A stretch of 32,000 nucleotides of DNA from the NCBI GenBank assembly GCA_001766815.1, contig LYOS01000001.1, positions 210,001 to 242,000 of the forward strand, written 5' to 3'. Positions within the stretch are counted from its first letter, which is position 1. Every line of letters begins with the position of its first letter. The notes under the pieces are model-generated. The model ran no database searches and had not been told where the DNA came from. It saw only the letters and a list, made by a program, of their open reading frames with translations. The translations under genes were made by a program, and so were the position numbers. Below, one piece after another: positions 1 through 9,557 of the stretch. The stretch comes from Candidatus Syntropharchaeum caldarium. Lineage in GTDB: Archaea > Halobacteriota > Syntropharchaeia > Syntropharchaeales > Syntropharchaeaceae.

Positions 1-157
1 GGGGCAACCTCAGGAGGTGATCTCGTGGTCCCGACCTCTGATAGCTTAAGAAGCACTCTTTTTATGATTTCTTCTCTGAGGTGGTCATCTGTTGTAACGA
101 TCTGTGCACACCTTACAGCCTGATCGAGAAAACAGGGAACACACTCGATGTACGACT

Positions 158-1300
158 TCATTTCTCAATTATTGTCTCCTCGATCTTCATCCCGAAGTGT
201 CTTCCACTCTCTTCAAGGTGTACAAGCACCTCATCTCCAACCTTAATATCCGCAACTGAGATCGGTGTGCCGTCAGGTGCAACGAGTTTTATCGTCTCTG
301 CGTTCTGGAGGATCGTATTCAACCGCCGCTTCCCGACCTCCGCCTCGATCAATATCAACGGACGCTTCTCAATCTTGACGCGCCCAACAATTGCATTCTT
401 TGTCCCGCCATCACGATCAACCACCATCACATCATCACCTGACTGGAGTTCTGCAAGGTAGCGGGTCTTCTCGCCTACAAGCACATAGGCATGTACCGCT
501 CCTGCGTTCACCCTGAAAGGGCGTGATGCAACATACGGGCTCTCTTCAGTCTCTGCATGAACCAGAAAGAATGCATCAGCAGCAGAGCCAATCAACATCC
601 CCTCTCCAAGTTTCATCATGCTGCACGTGTCGACACAGACACGATCCCCCATCCCAAGCTGCTTCACATTGATGACCTTTGCAGCAAGAAGTGGTAGACG
701 TTCTCTACCCACCTCCTCCACCACACTCATAACTTTTTTAACCTCGGACGGGTCATCAGCATCAAGAAGTATCCCATCTGCACCGTGCTCAAGCGTCTCA
801 AGAGCAAGTTTAGCCTCTTTAGCATCCTTCACCCCTGCGATGATCCTGCAATCATAGTCCTGAAGCTCCGCGATGAGGTTCTCAAGAGGGATTACCTTCC
901 AGTCTGTCCCAATCACGATCAGGTAATCAGAAGCCTTTGCAAGCTCGGCTGCAAGCCGTTCATAATCCTTGTTCTTGATTATAACAAAAGATGCAGTGGT
1001 GTACTTCTCCTTTGAAAGTTCTCTGAGTGTATCAAGATCCTTTGACGCTGACAGATCTTCTGGAAGCTCTATGGTGCCGTCACCTTCTCCTTTTCTCCCA
1101 ACAACGATGACATCAGCGTGAGGACTGTCACCAAAGGCTGCAACCCTGATCTTTCCAAGTTCACGCACCTTCTCAACATCACTCTCCTCTACAAGGACAC
1201 AGTCAACCCCTGATTCAAGTGCAGTTGTAATTCTGGGCTTCTTATCTACTTCCCACGCCCCTTCATCTGCTTTTATCCATACCTCTTTCTTTCCTGACAT
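158..1300 (-). CDS. aroB': 3-dehydroquinate synthase II (archaeal type)
   Basis: 380-aa ORF. The N-terminus MSGKKEVWIKADEGAWEVDKK...TTALESGVDCVLV and the length match my recollection of the archaeal MJ1249-type DHQ synthase II family. Confidence 0.8.
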   Translation of the reverse strand: MSGKKEVWIKADEGAWEVDKKPRITTALESGVDCVLVEESDVEKVRELGKIRVAAFGDSPHADVIVVGRKGEGDGTIELPEDLSASKDLDTLRELSKEKYTTASFVIIKNKDYERLAAELAKASDYLIVIGTDWKVIPLENLIAELQDYDCRIIAGVKDAKEAKLALETLEHGADGILLDADDPSEVKKVMSVVEEVGRERLPLLAAKVINVKQLGMGDRVCVDTCSMMKLGEGMLIGSAADAFFLVHAETEESPYVASRPFRVNAGAVHAYVLVGEKTRYLAELQSGDDVMVVDRDGGTKNAIVGRVKIEKRPLILIEAEVGKRRLNTILQNAETIKLVAPDGTPISVADIKVGDEVLVHLEESGRHFGMKIEETIIEK

Positions 1301-1306
1301 AACTGA

Positions 1307-1525
1307 TCATTCCTCCATCCTCACAATCTGTTTTAAAAGTATCCACGATACTGCAATAACTGATAGTGCAAATCCAGCCTCGACAATCGAGCTGTACCTG
1401 TAGTCAAAGAGCCTTGTTATTACATCAAGCACGCTGAAATAGAATGTGAGTGTTGCGATCAGAAGAAGCAGAATGAGTATGCCTGCGGTTGCGAACTTCA
1501 AGATCCTGTGAAGATTATTTGCCAT
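1307..1525 (-). CDS. small hydrophobic membrane protein, unknown function
   Basis: 72-aa ORF with two long hydrophobic stretches. It overlaps the stop of the upstream 1515-2567 ORF by 11 nt, which suggests translational coupling. Confidence 0.4.
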   Translation of the reverse strand: MANNLHRILKFATAGILILLLLIATLTFYFSVLDVITRLFDYRYSSIVEAGFALSVIAVSWILLKQIVRMEE

Positions 1526-2567
1526 GTTTATCCCTCCTCACCAGTAGAGCGATCAATAGTGCAAAGATCACGCCTGCTAAGCCAAATCCCGGAGCGCGTG
1601 GTGCCATACCATCCATCCCGTAAGGTATCATTTCTACGTCTGGTGTTGGTACAGGTCTCGGTGCTATAAAATCTTCCACTTTGATCTCGGGCTCTTTCTC
1701 AACAACCGTGCCTGTAACAGGTATAAACTCGGTTCTATCGCCAAACGGACTCAAAGCCACCATTCCATAGCCCTCTGCAACGATTTTATCACCATTCCAT
1801 ATTGTGAGATCAATCAGATGGTCCCGTTCACTCAAAAGGTTGAGTCTTGCAGATCTCACCGATGTCCCACTTCCAGTGAGTGTGCCAACATCAACCTCGA
1901 TCTTATCCACAAGAAGCCCTGTCTTCTCATCCTCTGCCTTTATGAGCATCCTGAGTGGGGGCGTATCCTTTGACTTGAGATTCTCGATGTATGCAGTGGC
2001 ATCAATCAGTGTGCGATCACCGGTACTGCCGTTTACAGCAAAGTCAACATCCCTTATCTTAAGTGCAACGTCGCCCTTTACCTCAAGTGTGGATAGCCCT
2101 GAAATCCTGGCTTCCCGGCTCGTAACAAATTTATCACCCTCAAATAGCTCAACACTCACCCGATACGATCCCTCGCGCGGGACTGTAAACGGTAGCCTTG
2201 TCTCAACTGTTCCCTTACCCTTCTCTATAACAATCACCTTCTTCTCCTGCATCACACCCTTAGCATCCATATAACGCTGGTACTCGATCGTGCCAACGGG
2301 CGCAGATCTCTCATCAAGTAGCAACCCGGTCTCCCCATCGTATAGCTTTGCGAGAAGTTCAACATCACTCGCCGCGTCCCCCTCATGCTCAACCATGATT
2401 ATCGCTGTGATGTTTACCTCACTCTCATCGACCGCATCTGCCATAATATCGATATTCCTGATCCAGAGGTGTGATTCCTCTTTGATACCGCCAGATACGG
2501 CAAGAAGCCCTGCAAAGAGAAGAAACAACACCACAACGATCGCTATGCTCAACAGATTCCGATCCAT
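1515..2567 (-). CDS. PGF-CTERM-anchored surface protein with two internally repeated beta-rich modules
   Basis: It has an N-terminal signal/TM segment (LLSIAIVVVLFLLFAGLLAV). The C-terminus APGFGLAGVIFALLIALLVRRDKHGK is PGF + TM + basic tail, the archaeosortase A sorting signal. An internal repeat is visible: IRNIDIMADAV...GETGLLLDERSAPVGT versus IRDVDFAVNG...EKTGLLVDKIEVDVGT. Confidence 0.6.
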   Translation of the reverse strand: MDRNLLSIAIVVVLFLLFAGLLAVSGGIKEESHLWIRNIDIMADAVDESEVNITAIIMVEHEGDAASDVELLAKLYDGETGLLLDERSAPVGTIEYQRYMDAKGVMQEKKVIVIEKGKGTVETRLPFTVPREGSYRVSVELFEGDKFVTSREARISGLSTLEVKGDVALKIRDVDFAVNGSTGDRTLIDATAYIENLKSKDTPPLRMLIKAEDEKTGLLVDKIEVDVGTLTGSGTSVRSARLNLLSERDHLIDLTIWNGDKIVAEGYGMVALSPFGDRTEFIPVTGTVVEKEPEIKVEDFIAPRPVPTPDVEMIPYGMDGMAPRAPGFGLAGVIFALLIALLVRRDKHGK

Positions 2568-2639
2568 GAGGTTTAATCTACTTATATCTACTTATACTTT
2601 CGTGTCACGATAAAGTTTGGAAAGTGGTAGAGGAGAGCA

Positions 2640-2730
2640 GTTGTATTTTAAAAATGATGTTAATTAGTTCGAAATCTTTATAAATGATAAGCTAAGCATC
2701 TGTTTTCCTACAAAATTTATTTATTAGGAT
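2640..2730. promoter_or_regulatory. divergent intergenic promoter region with archaeal BRE/TATA-like boxes
   Basis: This is an AT-rich 208-bp gap between divergent genes. It contains cgaaa-tc-tttataaa (2670-2684) and atttatttatta (2715-2726), upstream of the 2785 start with ggagg at 2771-2775. Confidence 0.35.
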
Positions 2731-2784
2731 CTTCAGTAGTGGTTCGTGCGGGTTAATCAATAACATACTGGAGGAGTGAGTCGG

Positions 2785-3051
2785 ATGCATAAGGAAGAGC
2801 TTATCCAATTTCATATGTTTCTGGTACAGCTTAAAGACTACTTTGAGAAAGAAGTCGGCGGATATGAATTCTCAAAGTACGGTCAGTTAAATATATCACC
2901 CCTTCAAATTCATCGTAGTAAAGCCGATCACAAGCGTGCGATCTTCACTCTGAGTAATGAGATCGCATCACTGGTTGCTGCAGATGAACCCTCGGGGCTT
3001 GCCAGAACCGCTGCAAGAATGGAACAACTTGCCCAGATGGATAATAAATAA
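2785..3051 (+). CDS. small conserved archaeal protein (UPF0058-like)
   Basis: The ORF track starts at GTG 2776. The ATG at 2785 gives MHKEELIQFHMFLVQLKDYFE, which I recall as the typical N-terminus of the ~90-aa archaeal UPF0058 family. An SD-like ggagg lies just upstream. Confidence 0.45.
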   Translation: MHKEELIQFHMFLVQLKDYFEKEVGGYEFSKYGQLNISPLQIHRSKADHKRAIFTLSNEIASLVAADEPSGLARTAARMEQLAQMDNK

Positions 3052-3132
3052 CCAGCTTAGAGAATTTGACAACATACATTCGAATCTGGACGTGCCAGTT
3101 AACTATATAACAGATTCCGCTCCATGCTATGA

Positions 3133-3651
3133 TTGATGTTATCTGGTGGTTCAATCGATGATGTGATCGTTGATGCACTCATTGCTGGGAGGATCGATCT
3201 TGTATGTAGCCTCCCATGCAACATGCTTGCAGGGATCATCAAAATCATTGAAGACCGCCAGGATCACATCACTCATATATCGCTTACAAGAGAAGAAGAG
3301 GGTGTGGGAATTGCCGCTGGTGCGTACCTTGGTGGGAAGCGACCAGCCATACTGATGCAGAACTCGGGGTTTGGAAACTCAATCAATGCCCTGCTCTCAT
3401 TGACACGTTTTTACGAGATGCCACTCCTTATAATGATGAGTCACAGGGGTGGAAAGGGAGAGAAGATTGCGGCTCAGATACCGATGGGTGATGCAATCAT
3501 TCCCCTGCTTGAAGCACTTGAGATCGAATATTGCTGTATCTCGAAACGATCAGAAATTCCTTCAATAACGAAGTTTGCAGCAGATGCAATCTCAAATTCA
3601 AGTATAATGGCGATACTGCTTGAACAGGAGCTATGGGATGAAGAGAGTTGA
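3133..3651 (+). CDS. comD: sulfopyruvate decarboxylase subunit alpha (coenzyme M biosynthesis)
   Basis: 172-aa ThDP-enzyme N-terminal (PYR) half: VCSLPCN...EEEGVGIAAGAYLGGKRPAILMQNSGFGN. It is followed immediately by the beta half. The likely start is the ATG at 3136. Confidence 0.8.
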   Translation: MMLSGGSIDDVIVDALIAGRIDLVCSLPCNMLAGIIKIIEDRQDHITHISLTREEEGVGIAAGAYLGGKRPAILMQNSGFGNSINALLSLTRFYEMPLLIMMSHRGGKGEKIAAQIPMGDAIIPLLEALEIEYCCISKRSEIPSITKFAADAISNSSIMAILLEQELWDEES

Positions 3652-4216
3652 TATTCTGAGAGTTGTACTCAGAGTTGCAGTGGAAACAAAGGGGTTTATC
3701 ATCTCGAATATCGGTTTTACATCACGGGAACTTTATCATATTGGAGACAGGGATGCAAACTTCTATATGCTTGGATCGATGGGAATGTGTGGATCGATCG
3801 CACTTGGGCTTGCGGTTTCGTTACCAGCAAAGAAAATAATCGCTATAGAGGGCGATGGTTCGATCCTGATGAACCTTGGGTCACTTGCAACAGCGGCAAA
3901 CATAGCACCAGCCAACCTGACAATCCTGATCGTGGATAACGAGGCACATTCATCGACAGGCTTCCAGCCAACATTCACCGCAGGAGTTACCGATCTTGCA
4001 GCTGTGGCAGAGGGTGCTGGGATAAAGGATGTGGCAACTGTCCATGATGTGAACGAGCTTGAATCAAAACTTTCTGATGCGCTCAGGTCTGATAACCTGA
4101 CTCTGATCGTTGCAAAGTCAGAGAAAAGCTGGGAAGACGTTCCTGTAATCGATCTCGATCCTGTAAAGATCAAAAACCGATTTATCAGTGCGCTCAGAGC
4201 GGATTCTGAGGAATGA
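3638..4216 (+). CDS. comE: sulfopyruvate decarboxylase subunit beta
   Basis: It carries the ThDP-binding motif GSMGMCGSIALG...IEGDGSILMNLGSLAT...NEAH. The ATG at 3638 (MKRVDIL) follows aggag at 3625-3629 and overlaps the comD stop. The ORF track offers an earlier start at 3620. Confidence 0.8.
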   Translation: MKRVDILRVVLRVAVETKGFIISNIGFTSRELYHIGDRDANFYMLGSMGMCGSIALGLAVSLPAKKIIAIEGDGSILMNLGSLATAANIAPANLTILIVDNEAHSSTGFQPTFTAGVTDLAAVAEGAGIKDVATVHDVNELESKLSDALRSDNLTLIVAKSEKSWEDVPVIDLDPVKIKNRFISALRADSEE

Positions 4217-4940
4217 CCCCAAAGAGTTTTACGACATCACCTATCACGATGATAGCAGGTGGTTTCAGGTTACAATCTTCTGCGATCTCTGTGATATTAC
4301 CGAGTGTGCCTGTTATAACCCGCTGATCCTTCCTTGTACCATTCTCAATGATCGCAACAGGTGTTTCGGGTGATTTGCCAGATTCAAGCAGTCTCGATGT
4401 ATTTCGCTCAAGTCCACCAACACCCATTAAAATTACAAGAGTACCGCTCAATCTGGCAAGAATATCCCATTCGAGTATCTCATCATCCTTGTGCTCACCT
4501 TCATGCCCTGTGATGAAGGTGACCGAAGATGCATAATCTCTGTGGGTTACAGGAATACCTGCATACGCAGGGACTGCAATCGCTGATGTAATCCCTGGCA
4601 CAACCTCTACTTCGATCCCTGCAGCAGTAACCTCCTCTGCTTCCTCGCCTCCCCTACCAAAGACGTACGGATCACCGCCCTTCAGCCGCACAACAACATT
4701 TGAATGTTTAGCCTTCTCAATTAAGAGTTTGTTTATATCTTCCTGCGGTAGCGTGTGCTTTGACGCAAACTTACCTACAGATATACACTCAGCAGTTTCA
4801 GGAAATGAACTTATGATCTTTTCACCACAGAGCTGATCATAAATTATCACATCTGCGCCATCAATCAATCTCCTTGCTTTTATCGTTAGAAGTTCAGGGT
4901 CGCCTGGACCCGATCCAACCAGATAAACTTTTCCGACCAT
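4194..4940 (-). CDS. cobA: uroporphyrinogen-III C-methyltransferase (SUMT)
   Basis: VYLVGSGPGDPELLTIKA...RLKGGDPYVFGRGGEE...VPGITS is the classic tetrapyrrole methylase signature. The 3' end converges on and overlaps comE by 23 nt. Confidence 0.85.
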   Translation of the reverse strand: MVGKVYLVGSGPGDPELLTIKARRLIDGADVIIYDQLCGEKIISSFPETAECISVGKFASKHTLPQEDINKLLIEKAKHSNVVVRLKGGDPYVFGRGGEEAEEVTAAGIEVEVVPGITSAIAVPAYAGIPVTHRDYASSVTFITGHEGEHKDDEILEWDILARLSGTLVILMGVGGLERNTSRLLESGKSPETPVAIIENGTRKDQRVITGTLGNITEIAEDCNLKPPAIIVIGDVVKLFGVIPQNPL

Positions 4941-5003
4941 AATATCAACCCAGCAGCCCTCAAATCGCCTCCATAAGATTTATATTTTCCTGTAACAACA
5001 AAC

Positions 5004-5732
5004 CTACCTGAACTCCTTCTCAGTTCCATCCCTGTACAACCTGTGAACCTGTGGGATCACCATCACCTTTTTGCCCAGATAAGATCCTGCAACCTCTGAG
5101 AGCCCAAACAAAAGCTCAATCGAGGGTTTTCTGCTACCGGTGAGCGGCTGGAGAACCAGGTCTATCTCGTATTCTGCAATATCACGGCAGATGGATGCAA
5201 GCATATGATGCGTTGTATCATCGACTATCACGATCTTTACGATCGTATGAAGCCCTGATCTGTTTGCTATCCTGATACACTCAAGTTCCTCGTGATATAA
5301 TTTTTTCCATGCATTAATCCCAAGAACCGCCCTGTGGTTGGGAAGTTTCAGGTCGATCGCTGCATAATCGAAGAAATCTACAACTTCTGTGAATATACTG
5401 GCATCAATACCTGCAGTTTCGAGATAACATGCGAGATCAAGCTTTTTGCAGGATGATGCAAGCTTTTTTAGCAGATTGGGGGATACAAGCGGCTCACCTC
5501 CTGTGAATGAGACGCTATGAAGATCGGGAGTTACAAGCGCTTTTATCTCACTTATCACTTTCTCCGGGTTTGTATCAGGTAACGAATGGTTTTTGATCCG
5601 TGCATCCACAGTATCGCAGTAAAAACAATTAAGTGGGCATCCGCTGAACCTGACAAAGATCTGTCTCCTACCAACAAGCGAACCCTCGCCCTGAAAGGAT
5701 GTAAAGATCTCGTATATATCCCGACTTAACAT
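5004..5732 (-). CDS. queE: 7-carboxy-7-deazaguanine synthase-like radical SAM enzyme (archaeosine pathway)
   Basis: FTSFQGEGSLVGRRQIFVRFSGCPLNCFYCDT contains the QueE-type CxxxCxxC cluster motif, and FTGGEPL is also present. The ORF is 242 aa. Confidence 0.7.
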   Translation of the reverse strand: MLSRDIYEIFTSFQGEGSLVGRRQIFVRFSGCPLNCFYCDTVDARIKNHSLPDTNPEKVISEIKALVTPDLHSVSFTGGEPLVSPNLLKKLASSCKKLDLACYLETAGIDASIFTEVVDFFDYAAIDLKLPNHRAVLGINAWKKLYHEELECIRIANRSGLHTIVKIVIVDDTTHHMLASICRDIAEYEIDLVLQPLTGSRKPSIELLFGLSEVAGSYLGKKVMVIPQVHRLYRDGTEKEFR

Positions 5733-5781
5733 AACTCATTTAAGATATCTAAAATTACTTAAAGATAAGGGGGCGGATCCC

Positions 5782-6978
5782 GTGCGACGCAAGATTCGAG
5801 AAGATCTATTTGAGAAGCTCAGGCACCTTAACCTCAGACGGGAGGCATCACTTGCACCTGTTTCAACCGGTAGCGAGGAGGGGATACGCAGACAGGCGGA
5901 AGAGGAGGATATACGCCCCTCCTTCTCAAGAGATACGGACCGAATTATCCATTCAAGATCATATACTCGATATATTGACAAGACACAGGTCTTCTATTTT
6001 GTTGAGAATGATCACATAACTCACAGAGTACTTCACGTCCAGCTTGTATCAAAAATCGCAAGACAGATCGGGCGCTCGCTGGGACTTAATGAAGATCTGA
6101 TCGAGGCGATAGCACTTGGGCATGACATCGGGCATGCGCCGTTTGGACACACAGGAGAGAAGTTGTTATCAAAGATCTGTGAAGAAAATGGAATCGGCAA
6201 ATTCTGCCACAATGTCCAGAGTGTGATCTCACTTGACCACATAGAGCGTTGGAATCTCACGCTGCAGGTGCTCGATGGGATTCTCTGTCACAACGGCGAG
6301 ACCCATGAGCAGGTACTGAAGCCAGATCGGGGTAAGACGTGGAATGATCACGATCGTGAGATTCAGTCGATGATCAAGGGGGATCCTGGTAACTATCCAA
6401 TGACGCTTGAAGGCTGTGTTGTCAGGATCTCAGATACAATAAGCTATATCGGAAGGGACCTTGAGGATGCGATCATGGTGGGGTTGATTGAAAGGGATGA
6501 AGTTCCTGAACGTTGTGCGGAAGTGATCGGCAATGAGAATCGGGACATCGTTAACACGCTGATAATTGATGTAATCGAGAATAGCTGGGAGTGTGATTAT
6601 ATCTCGCTGAGTAAAGAGGTCGCAGAGGCGCTCGATGAGTTCAAGCGGTTCAACTATGAAAAGATCTATGAGAACCCTGTTGTGAACAGAGAGGTTGATA
6701 AGATCGAAAAGATGTTCAGACTGATGTTCGGAGAGTTTTTGCACGACCTTGAGGCAGATAAACGGGATTCAAGGATCTTCCAGCACCACATCGATCTTAT
6801 AAAGGATAAAAACCCATCGTACGCGGATGAAACATCAAATGCCGAGATTGTTCGTGATTTTATCGCAGGTATGACGGATAAATACTTCAGTGATACAATG
6901 ATGGAACTATATTTCCCGAAACGCTACAAGTACAGCGTTACCCAAAAAGATTTTTATAGTGACAGGCTGATTAATTAG
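5782..6978 (+). CDS. dGTPase-like HD-domain triphosphohydrolase
   Basis: SFSRDTDRIIHSRSYTRYIDKTQVF...HRVLHVQLVS...ALGHDIGHAPFGHTGE is the Dgt/SAMHD1-family signature. The start is GTG 5782, preceded by ggggg. Confidence 0.75.
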   Translation: MRRKIREDLFEKLRHLNLRREASLAPVSTGSEEGIRRQAEEEDIRPSFSRDTDRIIHSRSYTRYIDKTQVFYFVENDHITHRVLHVQLVSKIARQIGRSLGLNEDLIEAIALGHDIGHAPFGHTGEKLLSKICEENGIGKFCHNVQSVISLDHIERWNLTLQVLDGILCHNGETHEQVLKPDRGKTWNDHDREIQSMIKGDPGNYPMTLEGCVVRISDTISYIGRDLEDAIMVGLIERDEVPERCAEVIGNENRDIVNTLIIDVIENSWECDYISLSKEVAEALDEFKRFNYEKIYENPVVNREVDKIEKMFRLMFGEFLHDLEADKRDSRIFQHHIDLIKDKNPSYADETSNAEIVRDFIAGMTDKYFSDTMMELYFPKRYKYSVTQKDFYSDRLIN

Positions 6979-6979
6979 C

Positions 6980-8689
6980 ATGAAAGGAGAGATCTTCAAG
7001 GACGTGCGGGTAGTTGCATTGATATTGCTTGTTCTCGCATCGATCATAGCAATACATCCTGTTTACTCAACGACTCCTGAACCACACTTCGGATCGAATC
7101 TGGAATACGGGCTTGAGCTTGTCGGAGGGACATCAATCCAGCTCAAACTCGAAGGAGTACTTGTTGATATTGATTTTGACCGCGATAAGGTCTTCAGTGC
7201 CTTGATGGAAGATCTTCTGAATAACACGATCACGATAACCTCGTCGGATGATGAATCTATCACATTCACAACACCTGCCAGCGTTACCCAGGAGGAGATG
7301 ACAAACCTTGGGCTTGGAAATGCAACTGTCTCACCATTTGAAGGAGGTTCCAGGGTAACGATCGAGACAACTCCTCAGACGATCATGTCAACCTACCTCC
7401 AGAAGCAGCTTGATACAGAGGTAGTATACACCAGATATAAAGATCACTGGGTTTATGAGATAAGAAAAGAAGTTGAGAAAGAAGATCTCGAAAGTTTGCT
7501 TGCCAAGGTTGGTGCAAAAATTGCGCTCGATGAAGAAAGAAAGGAGATCTTCATTGAAGGCGTAACCCCTCAGACACTGGATGTTACAAAGCAGGTGATC
7601 GATGACAAGATCAATACGATCGGACTCAAGGATATTCACACGCGTACAGTAGGAAATAAGTACATCCTTGTCGATCTTCCGGGCGCTGACATCGAGACTG
7701 CCAGAGCAGTTGTTGGAAAGCCAGGTAAGTTTGAGATCAGAATTCAGACAACAGGAGGTGCGGGTGCAATTCAGAAGGGTATGAAGTTCGATGAGATTGA
7801 AAATATCACGGTGCATGTCTTCTATGGGTCAGAGGGGATCACATCCGTTGACCTCGCACCAAGAAAGACCGGGCATACAGATGATGCGCCATGGGGGGCA
7901 TCTTTTCATCTAAGTGTAAAAGGTGGGGAGGCATTGAGAGATGCTGCGCTCAAGTATGGCGTGGTCCAGGACCCTGTAAATCATGAGGTTGTGATGTTAC
8001 TGGATGATGAGGTCATCTACAGTGCTCCGTTCTCTGATCAGCTCGCAAAGGATATTGTCAAGTCTCCGGTTTACAGTCTTCAGGCATCAACCGGTATAGG
8101 AGATGAGGGACTTAACGAGGCAAAGGTCCTTCTTGTCCATTTGAGAGCGGGGGCACTTCCTGTTAATGTCAAGATACTTGGCGTACCGATAAGCATCTCT
8201 GCGCCGCTTGGTGAAAAGTTCAGACAGCAGACCGCAATCGCTGGACTTCTTGCCATACTCGTTGTCGGGCTTGTGATTTATTTGAGATATCGACAGCCAA
8301 AGATCGTCCTCCCAATGATCGCAACAATGTTGAGTGAGGTTGTGATCCTGCTTGGGTTTGCATCATTGATCAATTGGCAGCTCGATCTCGCCTCGATCGC
8401 AGGTATCATTGCTGTCATTGGGACAAGCGTCGATCACCTTGTGATCATCACAGATGAAGTACTCGGTAGAGGAGAGATTCCGACATCGGGTCTGTTTTTG
8501 AGCAGACTCAAAGGTGCATTTGCAATCATATTCGCGGCTGCTGCAACCACCGTCATAGCGATGAGCCCGCTTGTATGGATGGGCTTTGGGGCACTCAAAG
8601 GGTTTGCAATCATCATCATCGTTGGTGTTCTGATCGGAGTGCTTGTAGCAAGACCTGCTTATGGACGGATCATTCAGAACATACTATAG
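6980..8689 (+). CDS. secD: SecD/SecF-family protein-export membrane protein (SecD-like)
   Basis: It has an N-terminal TM, a large extracytoplasmic domain, and a C-terminal 6-TM block (LRYRQPKIVLPMIATMLSEVVILLGFASLINWQLDLASIAGIIAVIGTSVD). No adjacent secF is present. Confidence 0.7.
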   Translation: MKGEIFKDVRVVALILLVLASIIAIHPVYSTTPEPHFGSNLEYGLELVGGTSIQLKLEGVLVDIDFDRDKVFSALMEDLLNNTITITSSDDESITFTTPASVTQEEMTNLGLGNATVSPFEGGSRVTIETTPQTIMSTYLQKQLDTEVVYTRYKDHWVYEIRKEVEKEDLESLLAKVGAKIALDEERKEIFIEGVTPQTLDVTKQVIDDKINTIGLKDIHTRTVGNKYILVDLPGADIETARAVVGKPGKFEIRIQTTGGAGAIQKGMKFDEIENITVHVFYGSEGITSVDLAPRKTGHTDDAPWGASFHLSVKGGEALRDAALKYGVVQDPVNHEVVMLLDDEVIYSAPFSDQLAKDIVKSPVYSLQASTGIGDEGLNEAKVLLVHLRAGALPVNVKILGVPISISAPLGEKFRQQTAIAGLLAILVVGLVIYLRYRQPKIVLPMIATMLSEVVILLGFASLINWQLDLASIAGIIAVIGTSVDHLVIITDEVLGRGEIPTSGLFLSRLKGAFAIIFAAAATTVIAMSPLVWMGFGALKGFAIIIIVGVLIGVLVARPAYGRIIQNIL

Positions 8690-9214
8690 ATGAATCGAAA
8701 AAGAATTGTTATCCTGAGGATCGGGCATAGGATTGGGCGAGATAAGCGCATTACAACACATATTGGGCTTGCTGCGCGGGCACTTGGTGCTTCAGGGATG
8801 ATCCTGACTTCAGAAGATCGTGAAGTTGAAAAAAGCATCAGTGATGTCGTATCCCGCTGGGGCGGAGATTTCTGGGTAAAGAGTGGATGTAGATGGCAGG
8901 ACGTTCTGAAGGAATGGGAAGGTGCTGTTGTTCATCTGACGATGTATGGGGAAAGTATCCTGAACCTTGAGGATGAGATCAGGAACTGCCCAAAGGATCT
9001 TCTTGTTATAATCGGGGCAGAAAAAGTCCCATTTAGTATTTACGAGCGTTCTGACTGGAATGTTGCAATTACAAATCAGCCTCACTCAGAACTTGCTGCG
9101 ATTGCGGTTTTTCTTGATCGAATACAGCAAGGAAATGAGCTTGAAGCAGATTTTGGTGGTCGAATTAGAATTGTTGGCAAACAAGTTGGGAAAGAGGTTA
9201 TAATCAATGAATGA
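8690..9214 (+). CDS. trm56: tRNA (cytidine56-2'-O)-methyltransferase (SPOUT)
   Basis: The N-terminus IVILRIGHRIGRDKRITTHIGLAARALGASGMIL and the ~175-aa length match aTrm56. The ATG directly abuts the secD stop. Confidence 0.8.
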   Translation: MNRKRIVILRIGHRIGRDKRITTHIGLAARALGASGMILTSEDREVEKSISDVVSRWGGDFWVKSGCRWQDVLKEWEGAVVHLTMYGESILNLEDEIRNCPKDLLVIIGAEKVPFSIYERSDWNVAITNQPHSELAAIAVFLDRIQQGNELEADFGGRIRIVGKQVGKEVIINE

Positions 9215-9479
9215 GAACATAAAGATACAGGTACTTGAACTTGTCGAACTCCACAGATCTGTGGTTGAAGGTGGAGGTGGTGCGCTATGCAGGAGGTTCA
9301 ATATACAGGCATCAAATCTTCTCGTTGAACTTGAGAACGAGGGTTTGGATGCTTTATCAGATCGGATGATGGATGTACTCTCACACTGCGCTGGCGCAAC
9401 ACGGGATGATGACGAGGGTGTGTGTAAGCACAGTGGGATGGTGCAGGGGATACTCGATGGGATGGAAAGTCGGATTTGA
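9207..9479 (+). CDS. hypothetical protein
   Basis: 90-aa ORF whose ATG overlaps the trm56 stop by 8 nt. I recognise no motifs. Confidence 0.3.
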   Translation: MNENIKIQVLELVELHRSVVEGGGGALCRRFNIQASNLLVELENEGLDALSDRMMDVLSHCAGATRDDDEGVCKHSGMVQGILDGMESRI

Positions 9480-9557
9480 AGTGGCGTTTATTGATAGACG
9501 TGCTTAGAAAATCTTATAACTTCTGGTGATGATGATAATTAAATTGGAGGTGACCAA

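Noticed and set aside
1-157. A possible 5' end of a minus-strand gene running off the window (GTG at about 58-60 giving VLLKLSEVGTTRSPPEVAP...), and a small Cys-containing minus-strand ORF downstream of aroB'.
   Set aside because: There is too little sequence (20 codons or fewer within the window) and no recognisable motif to support a call.
81-2613. Long ORFs antisense to aroB' and the PGF-CTERM gene (81-461, 618-857, 785-1015, 1804-2274, 2290-2613).
   Set aside because: They are Ser/Thr/Pro-rich, low-complexity shadow ORFs fully contained in well-supported genes on the opposite strand. The same reasoning applies to 3763-4173, 6430-6744, 7388-7816, 10043-10450, 10852-11208, 11528-12114, 12151-12775, 22173-22664, 26696-27199, 27280-27870, 28868-29272 and 30893-31397.
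5004-6978. Divergent queE and dGTPase-like HD hydrolase, considered as a possible 7-deazaguanine DNA-modification (Dpd-like) or dNTP-depletion defence module.
   Set aside because: No dpdA/tgt-like, queC/queD or helicase genes are adjacent. QueE is expected for archaeosine tRNA modification in archaea. Both genes have native composition and sit in core context.
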